A stretch of DNA of 64,000 nt. It comes from a virus. Lineage: Duplodnaviria; Caudoviricetes. The notes below the pieces were generated by a model. That model was not told the origin of the DNA. It saw nothing but the letters and a program-made list of their open reading frames with translations, and did not search any database. The stretch is taken from IMG/VR virus record IMGVR_UViG_3300030055_000003; one strand, given 5' to 3'. Both the position numbers and the translations under genes were made by a program. Below, piece after piece: positions 19,878 through 29,656 of the stretch; positions within the stretch are counted from its first letter, which is position 1; each line of letters begins with the position of its first letter.

Positions 19878-20765
19878 TTATAATCTAATTCCTAATTTAC
19901 TTAATGTCCAAAACACGGTGTTAATTTTAGAGCAATCAATATCATTTAACTTTCTTTTGAATCTGATATTATTCCCCCTTTGAGTTACTTCAATTTCTAA
20001 ATTACTTAACTCAACACATAATTCTTTTATTAACTCTATATATTCTGGAGTTTGATTATCACACATAAATATTTTATATAACTTTTCTTTATTTTGAACT
20101 ATTCCTATACTATTTGTAATTGCTTCTCTGATATCTTCTTTGTTTATTTCAATAATATCAGTAAAATCTTTTGCATAAAAATAATCTAATATTCCAATTC
20201 TCGAAGCTGGATTAGGTATTATTAACTTGCAATTTTCATATTTAGAAACCTCATTTATAAGTTGATCTGCAATTTCATCTAGTTTATTTGAAGATATATT
20301 TATACTCTTAACTATTTTAATTCCCACATCTTTAGTTTCTTCAAAAAGCATTGCGTATTTTTCATCATTGCTATCATATCCCATATCAAAAAGCATATAA
20401 TTATTTGTTGCTTTATTTAATTCATTTAATCTTTTTCTTTCATCTCTTTGTATTTCTCTATCAATTTTATCCATACATCCACTTGTTCTGCCTGCCATGC
20501 TTAAAAATTCTGGTGTTGCTTTTTCATATTCTAATCCGTCATTTATACTTTTTAAAAACATATCTGAATTTTCTTTAGTAACTAAAAACTGAACTAGTAA
20601 TGATGTACAATCTGAACAAATATGATGTATTTTATCACCTAAATCTATTGTATCTTCCGATGGTTTTTCTTTTCCACAACAACTACATTTGGTATTAGTT
20701 GGAGTCAAATCCCCACTAAATCTTAATACATTAACCTTTAATTCTTCTCTATTTTTCCAAGCCAT
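19878..20765 (-). CDS. Zinc-finger N-terminus plus degenerate terminase nuclease-like C-terminus
   Basis: Likely ATG at 20765 (SD GGAGG); CSCC...CSDC; ELSNLEIEVTQRGNNIRFKR. Confidence 0.45.
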   Translation of the reverse strand: MAWKNREELKVNVLRFSGDLTPTNTKCSCCGKEKPSEDTIDLGDKIHHICSDCTSLLVQFLVTKENSDMFLKSINDGLEYEKATPEFLSMAGRTSGCMDKIDREIQRDERKRLNELNKATNNYMLFDMGYDSNDEKYAMLFEETKDVGIKIVKSINISSNKLDEIADQLINEVSKYENCKLIIPNPASRIGILDYFYAKDFTDIIEINKEDIREAITNSIGIVQNKEKLYKIFMCDNQTPEYIELIKELCVELSNLEIEVTQRGNNIRFKRKLNDIDCSKINTVFWTLSKLGIRL

Positions 20766-20766
20766 T

Positions 20767-21042
20767 TTACATTCCTCCTTCATTATTTTGTTCCATTTCA
20801 ATAAAAACACTGCCTTTCCAATCTATAGGTTTGAAATCATTATGTAGTTCTACAATTTTTCTTAATATTACATTAGTCGTGATATACTGTATTTCATTTT
20901 CTTCAATAGATTCAATCGCTTCCTTAACAATAGTCTTCCATTCATCAAAGGAATATTCCTTTTCTGATTGAAGTCCATCTCTTTGAATATCTTTTCTAGC
21001 TTCTTGACCTGTTATTCTAAAATCCAAACTATAATTATACAT
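20767..21042 (-). CDS. Hypothetical protein
   Basis: Co-oriented ORF with SD. Confidence 0.55.
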   Translation of the reverse strand: MYNYSLDFRITGQEARKDIQRDGLQSEKEYSFDEWKTIVKEAIESIEENEIQYITTNVILRKIVELHNDFKPIDWKGSVFIEMEQNNEGGM

Positions 21043-21074
21043 TTGTCTTCTCTCTCCTTTTTATTAATTTATTT

Positions 21075-21848
21075 TTATACTTTCAAATTATCATAGTAGT
21101 TTTTAATTTTTCCCATTTCTTCATTTTCTAATCTTTCTAGTTCTTTTAATTCTGAGTCCAAATTATTCATCTTTTCTTTATGTTCTTTATCAGTTTTATC
21201 ATTTAATTCTTTTAAATCTTGATTTATCCATTTAATAAAATTTTTAAAGTATTCTTCATATTTAGATACAATATCTTTAAAATTATCTAACTTGATAAAT
21301 AAAGGTTCTTTATAAAAATCTATATTTGTTCCCATAGGTTTTAAAAATTCTTCAATTTCATCCTGTGAAAAACCATCATCATAAATGATAACGTGTCCTC
21401 TATTAGCTTTTTGGCTTAACTCCCACTTATGTATATCAATAATAAACTGACCTCCAATAATCCTACCATAATCGTTTAAAGCAATCACTTTAGCATAATA
21501 TCTAACTTTTCTAGCCAAATCCTCAGTCACTTCTTTAATGTTATCTTCTTTAGTAAATACTTTAATTCTATATATTTTCATTATTTTATTCACCTCACAT
21601 GAGTATTTTATAATTAGTTTTCTATCATCTTCAGAAATATCATTCCATAAGGTTTTTATTTCTCTCATTAGTTGTGAATGTACTTTTGGTTCATCATCTG
21701 TAATAAAACCAAGTTCTCTTAATTTTAAAAGTAATTCATTTGTTTTATGTTCTGAAAATAATTGTGCATAAGATTCTGATACTGCACTACTAATAATTAA
21801 CATTCTCCATTCTTCACCTAAATCAATGTATCTATATTCATTTACCAT
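21075..21848 (-). CDS. Hypothetical protein sharing a domain with the 17709-19052 product
   Basis: VFTKEDNIKEVTEDL / GHVIIYDDGFSQDEIEEFLKPM. Confidence 0.6.
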   Translation of the reverse strand: MVNEYRYIDLGEEWRMLIISSAVSESYAQLFSEHKTNELLLKLRELGFITDDEPKVHSQLMREIKTLWNDISEDDRKLIIKYSCEVNKIMKIYRIKVFTKEDNIKEVTEDLARKVRYYAKVIALNDYGRIIGGQFIIDIHKWELSQKANRGHVIIYDDGFSQDEIEEFLKPMGTNIDFYKEPLFIKLDNFKDIVSKYEEYFKNFIKWINQDLKELNDKTDKEHKEKMNNLDSELKELERLENEEMGKIKNYYDNLKV

Positions 21849-21860
21849 TATTATTCTCCT

Positions 21861-22211
21861 TTATAATTTTAATTTATTAACACTTTCTAACTTATTTAGT
21901 TCTTCAATTTTTTCATCCAAAAGTGAATTTATTGACTCTTCATACTTTTGTCGTTCTTCTTGATTTATGTATTTTTTCTCTTTTAATAAGCCATAACAAG
22001 TTTCTATTTCTTTGTCTCTTAATTTAAATAATTCATTTTGTATAATTAATGACTTATATTCATGTACAGGCATTTCACCATTATAATTAGAAAAACTATC
22101 TACATCTATTTCTAACTTTTTTAATTTCTCATCTAATTCTTTTTCGCTATATCCTGAATAATCTTCGTAAAAATGAAGTTTGGCTCTTAATCCTCTTTGC
22201 ATTTTAATCAA
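21861..22211 (-). CDS. Hypothetical protein, paralog of 54722-54916
   Basis: RGLRAKLHFYEDYSGYSEKELDEKL. Confidence 0.65.
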   Translation of the reverse strand: MIKMQRGLRAKLHFYEDYSGYSEKELDEKLKKLEIDVDSFSNYNGEMPVHEYKSLIIQNELFKLRDKEIETCYGLLKEKKYINQEERQKYEESINSLLDEKIEELNKLESVNKLKL

Positions 22212-22255
22212 TCCCTTTCTTAATTTATTAATTTATTTAACTTTGGTATATCATT

Positions 22256-22284
22256 AGTTTACTACCATAATTTATATATGTCAA
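22256..22284 (-). promoter_or_regulatory. Sigma-A promoter
   Basis: TTGACA-17-TAAACT. Confidence 0.65.
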
Positions 22285-22291
22285 TACTTAA

Positions 22292-22708
22292 TTATATTAA
22301 TTTGTTTTTAATATCAATCCACACATTATATAGCCAATAGTCATTACCATAATCAATTTTTACTAATTTACCCTTCAGCAATCCAAAATTATTTTCTTTT
22401 ATATCATTAAATATTGGATGCCTAAATTCTATAAAACTTAAATCAAATTCATCTAAATCGTATACTGGCTGAACTCTTTTCATTACTACCATTAAACCTA
22501 GCAAATCATGAAATATTATGGGGCATAGATATTCTTTATATTGTTTGTATTTATACCAATTATGTATCTCATTCATATTTGCTAAATAACCTTTTATATC
22601 CAATGGTATTTTTATAGCTATATTTTTAAATACAAAAACTCTTCTCATAGTTCCTTTTAATATCCACATTGTTTCTCCTTCTATTACTATTAATTTATTA
22701 ACTTCCAA
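22292..22708 (-). CDS. Minimal protein-kinase-like protein
   Basis: IAIKIP, NEI, VVMKRV, DIKENNFG, VKIDYG. Confidence 0.65.
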   Translation of the reverse strand: MEVNKLIVIEGETMWILKGTMRRVFVFKNIAIKIPLDIKGYLANMNEIHNWYKYKQYKEYLCPIIFHDLLGLMVVMKRVQPVYDLDEFDLSFIEFRHPIFNDIKENNFGLLKGKLVKIDYGNDYWLYNVWIDIKNKLI

Positions 22709-22731
22709 TAAAAGACATCATTTAAAGGCTC

Positions 22732-22962
22732 TTAATAATCATCTACTTGCCAAGTTATTGTTTCAAATAATACTTTACCTACACCTTTATTAGTCAAACT
22801 AACTACACTTGTATCATTTTCATATAATTTACATTTAGTATTCCTATATGGGAATCTCGTATCATTATCTAGTTCTCTCTTATAACATGTATAACAACTA
22901 GATAATCCATATTCATCATCACTATCGTTACTGCAATGTCCACATAATAAACAGTTATGCAT
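22732..22962 (-). CDS. Small Cys-rich hypothetical protein
   Basis: CLLCGHC...CYTC...C; SD GGAGGT. Confidence 0.55.
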   Translation of the reverse strand: MHNCLLCGHCSNDSDDEYGLSSCYTCYKRELDNDTRFPYRNTKCKLYENDTSVVSLTNKGVGKVLFETITWQVDDY

Positions 22963-22973
22963 AAGACTACCTC

Positions 22974-23174
22974 CTATTTCAATCCTAATAATTTACTTGT
23001 AGCAGAAATATCACCTTTAGTTTCAAAGTAAGTATATGTTGCACTTGTTTTTATTGGTTCTCCTAACATACAAGCTATTTCAACTATTGCTGGTCTTTCT
23101 GATTTATTTGATAATTTAATTCTTGTATACTCTTCTTTATCTTTTTTAAATAATCTTAATTCCATTTTATTCAC
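22974..23174 (-). CDS. Hypothetical protein
   Basis: ORF with SD. Confidence 0.55.
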   Translation of the reverse strand: MNKMELRLFKKDKEEYTRIKLSNKSERPAIVEIACMLGEPIKTSATYTYFETKGDISATSKLLGLK

Positions 23175-23282
23175 TCCTTTTCTATTTTTATTTACTTTTA
23201 ATTTATTAAATCTTGATAAAATACATTTTTTATGTGCTTTTATAAGGGCTAGAACTATGTAATAGCCCCATTGTTGTTTTTA

Positions 23283-23537
23283 TTACTTTCGTTTCATTCT
23301 ATAATCATTTCCTATACTTACTTCACTTTCTCCTAGACTTAGGTAATATTTGGGAATCTTATTATATTCCTCAACTACTTTTTCATAACCTAATTTATTT
23401 AATAGTTCACATAAAAGTATATCTGCTTCACTGTGTTTTCTAAAGTTTACTTCAGGTTCTAATTTTTTAATTTTATCCACATAGATCTCTTCAAGTTTCA
23501 TTTTTAATTCCTCCTTTTTTCTTTTATTCAGTCTCAA
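23283..23537 (-). CDS. Hypothetical protein (true start probably MKLEE near 23501)
   Basis: SD AGGAGG precedes the internal ATG. Confidence 0.5.
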   Translation of the reverse strand: MRLNKRKKEELKMKLEEIYVDKIKKLEPEVNFRKHSEADILLCELLNKLGYEKVVEEYNKIPKYYLSLGESEVSIGNDYRMKRK

Positions 23538-24798
23538 CTATTTTACTTAATTCATCTAAAAATTCTGTCAATGTATCTTCTATGTATGTAAAAGTTCCAT
23601 TAATTGAATATGTATTAGTTTCTTCTTTGATTTCATTTTCTAAGCTTTCGTCATTTAATACATTATTTCTGCCTGCATATTCTGTAGTAGTTTGCTTTAC
23701 ATTTAATATACAATTATCTTTATCAATGTTTAAATTATATATTACTTCAAATTCATAGGTAGTTCCTACACCTCCAAAATGATAAGCATTATGATTTATT
23801 AAGACCTCATACTTTTTATAAATTTCAGCTCCAGTATAATGATTTATTTCGGCTAAATCACACATTCTATTATATTCATCAGTTTCTTCTGTTGTCGGTT
23901 CTCTATCATTATATTCTGATATATTCCAATATTCATATTTATAACTATCCGACATATCTGTAACATGGTCAAATTTTCTTTTATAGCTATCAAATAACCT
24001 TTCAATATCTTTATTATCATAATATCTTTCATCTTCAAGATATCCAATTTTACCTTCAATATGTTCAATATGTTTATTTATCATCTCTGCTAAAATATCT
24101 ATATCTTTCTCACTATTATAATTTGCAGAGTAACCAATATTTTTATTAAACATAGTGTCTTTTAAAATACTACTTAGAGATACATAGCACCCATAATCAT
24201 GACTAATTATTAAATATGATTTTATTTTAGGTTTGCTAGGTTGTGAAATTTCTAAATTCCCAATGCATCTAATTGGATTAAATGTAAAATCATTTTCTAT
24301 TACATCAAACCCTTTCTCTCTTAATAGTTTAGGTAATGTAAAATATAGTCCAAATTCTTCTTTTATATATTCATCATATGTATGATTTAGTAAATATTTA
24401 AATTGTTTAAATCTAGTATCACCTGTATTTTGACACCATAAATCACAATAGAAATCTACTACTTGTCCATCTGTTTTATTTGTTAATTCTAGAACTTGAA
24501 GTATTGTTCCTAAATCAGGATCATAAAGTAAGTTTCTAATTTTCACATTCCATTTGTCATTAGAACAATAGTAATATTCCTCAGCATCATAATAGTTACC
24601 ATCTGTATCTTGTGGTGTAAATTTATCTATTTTTAATCCTAATGATAAAATCATTTCAACTTCTCTTGAATCAATATCATATTCTGTAGTTGTTCTAGCT
24701 TCTACCTTTTCAGCTTCTTGTTTAATTTGCTTTTCTTCTATAATAGAATTTTCTTTTAATGATTCTGTAGTTCTTTGTAACATTTCTTTTAAATCCAT
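23524..24798 (-). CDS. Large acidic hypothetical protein
   Basis: 424-aa ORF with SD. Confidence 0.65.
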   Translation of the reverse strand: MDLKEMLQRTTESLKENSIIEEKQIKQEAEKVEARTTTEYDIDSREVEMILSLGLKIDKFTPQDTDGNYYDAEEYYYCSNDKWNVKIRNLLYDPDLGTILQVLELTNKTDGQVVDFYCDLWCQNTGDTRFKQFKYLLNHTYDEYIKEEFGLYFTLPKLLREKGFDVIENDFTFNPIRCIGNLEISQPSKPKIKSYLIISHDYGCYVSLSSILKDTMFNKNIGYSANYNSEKDIDILAEMINKHIEHIEGKIGYLEDERYYDNKDIERLFDSYKRKFDHVTDMSDSYKYEYWNISEYNDREPTTEETDEYNRMCDLAEINHYTGAEIYKKYEVLINHNAYHFGGVGTTYEFEVIYNLNIDKDNCILNVKQTTTEYAGRNNVLNDESLENEIKEETNTYSINGTFTYIEDTLTEFLDELSKIVETE

Positions 24799-24849
24799 AA
24801 TAATTCATTCTCCTTTAATTGTTTATATTTTATCTATATACTAAATTTA

Positions 24850-25146
24850 TTATTTCTTTCTATTTGAATAGCAATTTCTATCTTTGAATAAACAATATTT
24901 ATTTCTATAAAGATAGCTACATCTAGTTGGTATTTGATTACATTTTACAAATCCATATCTTAATGCAATAAAGAAATTAACTATAGGATTTCTTATATAT
25001 GTATACCATAGATTACTAACTGACGGGCATTCTTTCTCACATTTATAACAATAATCAAAATTGTTTTTATGTTTACAAAATACATGGTTAAATTTTTGAT
25101 TCATATGTATCATTCCTTTCCATTTTATATAATTTATTAAAAGCAC
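24850..25146 (-). CDS. Cys-rich hypothetical protein
   Basis: Co-oriented ORF. Confidence 0.45.
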   Translation of the reverse strand: MLLINYIKWKGMIHMNQKFNHVFCKHKNNFDYCYKCEKECPSVSNLWYTYIRNPIVNFFIALRYGFVKCNQIPTRCSYLYRNKYCLFKDRNCYSNRKK

Positions 25147-25208
25147 TTAAAACTAATAGTTTAACTGCTTGTACAAGTCTGTAAAGCTAGTAATAGAGCC
25201 ATTTTAAA

Positions 25209-25430
25209 TTATAACTTTCCCATTTGATTAAGTTTTTCTTTAGTTTTAATTTTATTTTCTTCATAAATGGTAATTATATCTTCAAATCCAATTTCATTTT
25301 TATAACTGTTAATATATTGGTCAGCAACTTCTTCTGTTATCTTACTCATCATAAATAACCCTAATATTGTAGTTGTAATTCCTTGTTTTATTCCATTATA
25401 GTAACTTTCTTTTACTAAATCATTATACAT
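25209..25430 (-). CDS. Hypothetical protein
   Basis: ORF with SD. Confidence 0.55.
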   Translation of the reverse strand: MYNDLVKESYYNGIKQGITTTILGLFMMSKITEEVADQYINSYKNEIGFEDIITIYEENKIKTKEKLNQMGKL

Positions 25431-25443
25431 AATCTGTTACTCC

Positions 25444-25698
25444 TTATATTTCATACTTAGTTATAATTTGTTTAGGTTGTGGAACTACTACTTGTCCTTT
25501 AATAATCATATAATATGAACCATCAACACTCCAAGGCATTTCTGTAGTTGTGTTATCTAAATATGTAGCACCTTCAGTCCAATCACTATTTAACCATGAT
25601 TCCAATTCCTGTTTATTATAATATGTGATTTTTGTTTCTCCATCATCGTTACAATATAATACCATATACTCTTTATTCATCTTAATTTTCCTCCTCAA
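25444..25698 (-). CDS. Hypothetical protein
   Basis: Co-oriented ORF. Confidence 0.55.
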   Translation of the reverse strand: MRRKIKMNKEYMVLYCNDDGETKITYYNKQELESWLNSDWTEGATYLDNTTTEMPWSVDGSYYMIIKGQVVVPQPKQIITKYEI

Positions 25699-25945
25699 CT
25701 TCTTCTATAACTCTAATATCTTCATTTTTTATTTTAATTTCACTAGGTTTAATCCCCATCTTAAATGCTAGACCTTCAATCAAATCTTTTCTATCTACAT
25801 CAGTAACAAAAGGCTCTCCATTTTTAATTGCAGTTAATGCTTCTTCTGTTAAATCATCTTCCTCTAGTTCTAATACTGCATCTATTACATAATCTAATCT
25901 ATATTTAATCTTCATTGCTATACCTCCTATTTGTGTACTGTTCAT
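25682..25945 (-). CDS. Hypothetical protein
   Basis: Co-oriented ORF, internal SD GGAGGT. Confidence 0.55.
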   Translation of the reverse strand: MNSTQIGGIAMKIKYRLDYVIDAVLELEEDDLTEEALTAIKNGEPFVTDVDRKDLIEGLAFKMGIKPSEIKIKNEDIRVIEEVEEEN

Positions 25946-26184
25946 TCAAAGTTATATTCATCATCATTATTATTTGATTCTATAATATTCCCAATCTCTT
26001 CATCGAATTTTAACGTATATATCCCATCTATTAATACACTTTTATCTGATATTTTCTTTATAGTATCACAGGTAATCCATGCATATCCTGTATACTCCCA
26101 TCCGTTTTGACTGATTTCTATTCTATATCTTTTCATAATTATATTCCTCCTTTGTTTTATATTCTTCAGCTCTTGATATGTCAT
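25942..26184 (-). CDS. Hypothetical protein
   Basis: Co-oriented ORF, internal SD. Confidence 0.5.
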   Translation of the reverse strand: MTYQELKNIKQRRNIIMKRYRIEISQNGWEYTGYAWITCDTIKKISDKSVLIDGIYTLKFDEEIGNIIESNNNDDEYNFE

Positions 26185-26359
26185 AATCTTTATATAAAGA
26201 ACTTTCTTTTACTTTTCCACAAATACAACATTTATATTGAATTGTATAATCAATATGTCCATTATGTATAAATTGTGATTTTTGTAATTTACATTTTGAT
26301 TTAGAAGGTATTTTTCTTTCACCACCTTCTACTTTATGCCAACAATGAAATAAATGCAT
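26123..26359 (-). CDS. Small Cys/His protein
   Basis: HCWH...YKCCICGKVK. Confidence 0.5.
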   Translation of the reverse strand: MHLFHCWHKVEGGERKIPSKSKCKLQKSQFIHNGHIDYTIQYKCCICGKVKESSLYKDYDISRAEEYKTKEEYNYEKI

Positions 26360-26388
26360 TCTTATTCACATCCTTTAATCACTCAAAT

Positions 26389-26628
26389 TTATATTATCTC
26401 ACTAAGACTATTATCTACTTTATTTAATTGTTCTCTAATATTGTTAACTGTAATTTCTAATCCACTTAATAAATATTTTACATCTCTTATATCAATATTA
26501 TCTTCTGCTAAATCAAGAATTTCTTTAAATTCATTTATTTCTTCATCCAACTTATTTATTAATCTCATATTCTCAACTCCCTTTAAAATATTCCTTTCAT
26601 TTGAACTTAATATAATCTTCAAATACAA
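26389..26628 (-). CDS. Hypothetical coiled-coil protein
   Basis: Co-oriented ORF. Confidence 0.45.
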   Translation of the reverse strand: MYLKIILSSNERNILKGVENMRLINKLDEEINEFKEILDLAEDNIDIRDVKYLLSGLEITVNNIREQLNKVDNSLSEII

Positions 26629-26724
26629 CCAAAATTTACTTGTATATTTATATTTTAAATGGGTTATAATATAAATATCTTCTTAGTCATGAAGTTGCAT
26701 TTAATAAATGTTACTGATTGATGT

Positions 26725-26760
26725 AAAAGGAATGAGAAGTAATGACCCTCATTTACTTTT
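26725..26760. terminator. Possible bidirectional terminator
   Basis: AAAAGGAATGAG...CTCATTTACTTTT inverted repeat. Confidence 0.4.
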
Positions 26761-26800
26761 ACAAACTAGAGTATCTTATTAATTTAAGGTACTCTTTTTA

Positions 26801-27007
26801 TTAAAGTATTGCTCTTCCATGTTCATCAGCTTTAGCCATTTTCTTTAAACATCTTTTACAAGTTACCTCAGTATCTTCTCCTATATATATTACATCACTA
26901 CAATCCATTCTTTGATTACACACACTATATACATCTATATCACCCATAACCTTTGCTTTAAACCCTACATGAGTAATTTTACCTCTTTTAATTAAATATA
27001 CCTTCAT
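26801..27007 (-). CDS. Small putative metal-binding protein
   Basis: H...SVCNQ...VTCKRC. Confidence 0.55.
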   Translation of the reverse strand: MKVYLIKRGKITHVGFKAKVMGDIDVYSVCNQRMDCSDVIYIGEDTEVTCKRCLKKMAKADEHGRAIL

Positions 27008-27074
27008 AATTTCGATTCTCCTTTATTCTTCTATTAATTTATTTAACTTACCTTAAAATCAAGATCTTATGTGC

Positions 27075-27470
27075 TTATTGTTCTATAATTATCCAATCAT
27101 CTAATATTTCTTCTGAAGATATTGACTCACATTCTTCAAATCCGAATCCTTCAACTACCAATAATAACTTCCTATTTTCTTTCTTATACCTATTATGTGT
27201 ACAAACACTTTCTATTTCTTTATTCTCATCCAATGACTTAAAAGCTTCTGTTGTATTCACTGTCTTTTGAATTGGAATAAACTTCGCCATTAAAATACTT
27301 TCACATAGCCATTCTTGACTTTTATCACTCCATTCAAAAAAACCATTAGGTAACTTCTTTATTGTCCTTTTATCATAATGTCCACAATCATATAACACCT
27401 TAAATTCTGTATATGATGGCATTTTTCTAGCTTCAATTATATTTAACTTCTCATTCATTCTATTTTTCAC
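27075..27470 (-). CDS. Hypothetical protein
   Basis: ORF with SD. Confidence 0.55.
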   Translation of the reverse strand: MKNRMNEKLNIIEARKMPSYTEFKVLYDCGHYDKRTIKKLPNGFFEWSDKSQEWLCESILMAKFIPIQKTVNTTEAFKSLDENKEIESVCTHNRYKKENRKLLLVVEGFGFEECESISSEEILDDWIIIEQ

Positions 27471-27511
27471 TCCTTAACATTGTGTAAAATTTCCATTTTA
27501 TTCCCAATATT

Positions 27512-28009
27512 CTACAATAAATACGTTACTGCTTTTAAGATTTGTTTTAAATTTGCTATTTCACCTTTTAACTTTTCTTCTATTCCTTTAAACTCTGCTA
27601 ATTGTATATTTGAATCCTTAATTCCTTTTCTATAATTATCTATTATTTCTCTTAAACTCTCTTCCGTCTTAGCTTGTTCCATTGATTGATATTCTAATTC
27701 TGATATGTATGATTTTTGTTTATCTACTTTTTCTTCAAGTGATACTCTAAAATTCCCCAATGATTTATTAGCAGACTTATAGTTTTCATTTTCTTCTAAT
27801 AAATTTTTGTATCCTTTTTTCATTTCTATATATTTATCATTTAATTCATAGAAATATTTATCTTTAAATTCTATTGCTTGATTCAATTGTTTATTTTCAG
27901 ATAGTAGTTTGAAAAAAACTTTATTATATATGTCTTCAAACTTTTCGCCTTTTAATCCTTGTATTCCTTCCTTTTTAGCTAATTCTAATAATTTTTCTTG
28001 ATAATTCAT
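27512..28009 (-). CDS. Coiled-coil hypothetical protein
   Basis: Heptad-rich ORF with SD. Confidence 0.6.
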   Translation of the reverse strand: MNYQEKLLELAKKEGIQGLKGEKFEDIYNKVFFKLLSENKQLNQAIEFKDKYFYELNDKYIEMKKGYKNLLEENENYKSANKSLGNFRVSLEEKVDKQKSYISELEYQSMEQAKTEESLREIIDNYRKGIKDSNIQLAEFKGIEEKLKGEIANLKQILKAVTYLL

Positions 28010-28039
28010 TTCTAACTCTCCTTTATTATATTAATTTAT

Positions 28040-28324
28040 TTATATTTTATCTAATGCTAAATCCCATTTATTATTGATGCAATTACTAAAACCATTTAAA
28101 ATATGTATGTATCTCTCGATAGTTCCTAATTTCTCTAAATACAGTGCCATGTCTGTAAAACCATTCTGATGCATCTCTAAATCAATATTTACGCCCCATT
28201 CTTCTTGATACACAACAGCCATCTTCTCATATACTTTTGAAATGTCTAAATTATTCTCCTTGCAAAATTCTTCAACTTTTTTAATTAGATATTCTGCTTT
28301 CATATTATTATCATTTCCTTTCAT
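28040..28324 (-). CDS. Hypothetical protein
   Basis: Co-oriented ORF. Confidence 0.55.
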   Translation of the reverse strand: MKGNDNNMKAEYLIKKVEEFCKENNLDISKVYEKMAVVYQEEWGVNIDLEMHQNGFTDMALYLEKLGTIERYIHILNGFSNCINNKWDLALDKI

Positions 28325-28352
28325 TTTTATCTTAATTTATTAACTTAAGATT

Positions 28353-28381
28353 ATCTTACTACTTGTACTAATTATTGTCAA
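28353..28381 (-). promoter_or_regulatory. Sigma-A promoter
   Basis: TTGACA-17-TAAGAT. Confidence 0.65.
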
Positions 28382-28405
28382 TAGTTTATTTGTGTTAATT
28401 TGTTA

Positions 28406-28624
28406 TTATATATAATAAACCATTTCCATCTCATTAATTGTATTTTCTAGTTCTTGTAAAGATATATAACATTCAAGTCCTCCTGATACTGTAATAGAAT
28501 CATTTTCATATACTATAGGACTTAAAAACACAGTATTTAAAGGATTTATATATCTAACTTTATATCTTTTATTATCATAAGTTATATTGTAATTTTCATA
28601 TTTATGCATTTTATAATCCTCCAC
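28406..28624 (-). CDS. Hypothetical protein
   Basis: Co-oriented ORF with SD. Confidence 0.5.
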   Translation of the reverse strand: MEDYKMHKYENYNITYDNKRYKVRYINPLNTVFLSPIVYENDSITVSGGLECYISLQELENTINEMEMVYYI

Positions 28625-28634
28625 TCCTATAAAA

Positions 28635-29051
28635 TTATTGTAAATAGTTCACATCCTCTATATATTTACTACCTATTAAACTTTCATTCAACTTAGGATT
28701 TAGTGCATTACATACATCATATAATGCTTTTAAATAATCACTTCTATCATTGAAATATATAGCATTATTTGCGATGGCAAAGGCTTTGTTGTTATTATTA
28801 ATCAATATAGTTTTTAAATTATTTCCAACATCTGTTTTAATATCAAAATATTCTTGCATAAAATCATCACTAAAAAAGAATCTGCCACTAGAATTTTCTA
28901 AAATAAACCCATGTTTTTCTGACGTCATTATTTTAAATAATTCTCCCAATTCAAATCCACTATATTTATAACATTGCTCATCTTGTGTTAATACAATTGA
29001 TTTATATTCTTTTGTTAACATAACATCATGTCCAATTTCAAAATGTTTCAT
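28635..29051 (-). CDS. Hypothetical protein
   Basis: ORF with SD. Confidence 0.55.
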   Translation of the reverse strand: MKHFEIGHDVMLTKEYKSIVLTQDEQCYKYSGFELGELFKIMTSEKHGFILENSSGRFFFSDDFMQEYFDIKTDVGNNLKTILINNNNKAFAIANNAIYFNDRSDYLKALYDVCNALNPKLNESLIGSKYIEDVNYLQ

Positions 29052-29108
29052 TTATTCATTCCTCCATTCTTTTAAAATTAAATTTTTATTAATAATACTA
29101 TGACTCAT

Positions 29109-29360
29109 TCACATATAATTGTTATCTATAACTTCATTATTTATTAGTAAGTCTCTAAATTCTTTATTTGAATGTATTTGTGAATTTATATACATCTTAT
29201 CTTCAAATTCTATAACTCCACAATCTGGATAGAAATTTGTGAAAAACATTAATATTTCTTTATCATTAGTAATAAAAATATGATAATTCTCATATTCAAG
29301 ATACTTTATTTGTTTATTATTTAACTGATTAAAATTTTCTAATATTACTAGTTCTTTCAT
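29109..29360 (-). CDS. Hypothetical protein
   Basis: ORF with SD GGGAGG. Confidence 0.55.
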   Translation of the reverse strand: MKELVILENFNQLNNKQIKYLEYENYHIFITNDKEILMFFTNFYPDCGVIEFEDKMYINSQIHSNKEFRDLLINNEVIDNNYM

Positions 29361-29419
29361 TTTTATTTTCCTCCCAATTTTATTGTTATTTTATGTTAAA
29401 TCTAAATATTTATATAGAC

Positions 29420-29656
29420 TTAATTTCTAGATAAATACTTTTTTATCATTTCTTCATTGCGTTCAATTATTTCAAAATGACTTCTTCTATATGCTTTATA
29501 AGATTCTCCTGTATCGTCAGTTAGATAATATAAAAACAAATCCATACTTTGAATATTATTATATATTTTCCCAACCGTTAAATTATCATCTGAATATTTA
29601 TAAGTACATTTCACTGCTGTTATATAAGTACTCATTACATACCTCCTATTTATCAC
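29420..29656 (-). CDS. Hypothetical protein (SH3-like LTVGKIY pattern)
   Basis: Co-oriented ORF. Confidence 0.5.
   Translation of the reverse strand: MINRRYVMSTYITAVKCTYKYSDDNLTVGKIYNNIQSMDLFLYYLTDDTGESYKAYRRSHFEIIERNEEMIKKYLSRN

Noticed and set aside
17709-20810. The phage's functional terminase
   Set aside because: Walker and nuclease residues are degenerate, the parts are split and fused to unrelated sequence, and no portal or capsid genes are nearby.
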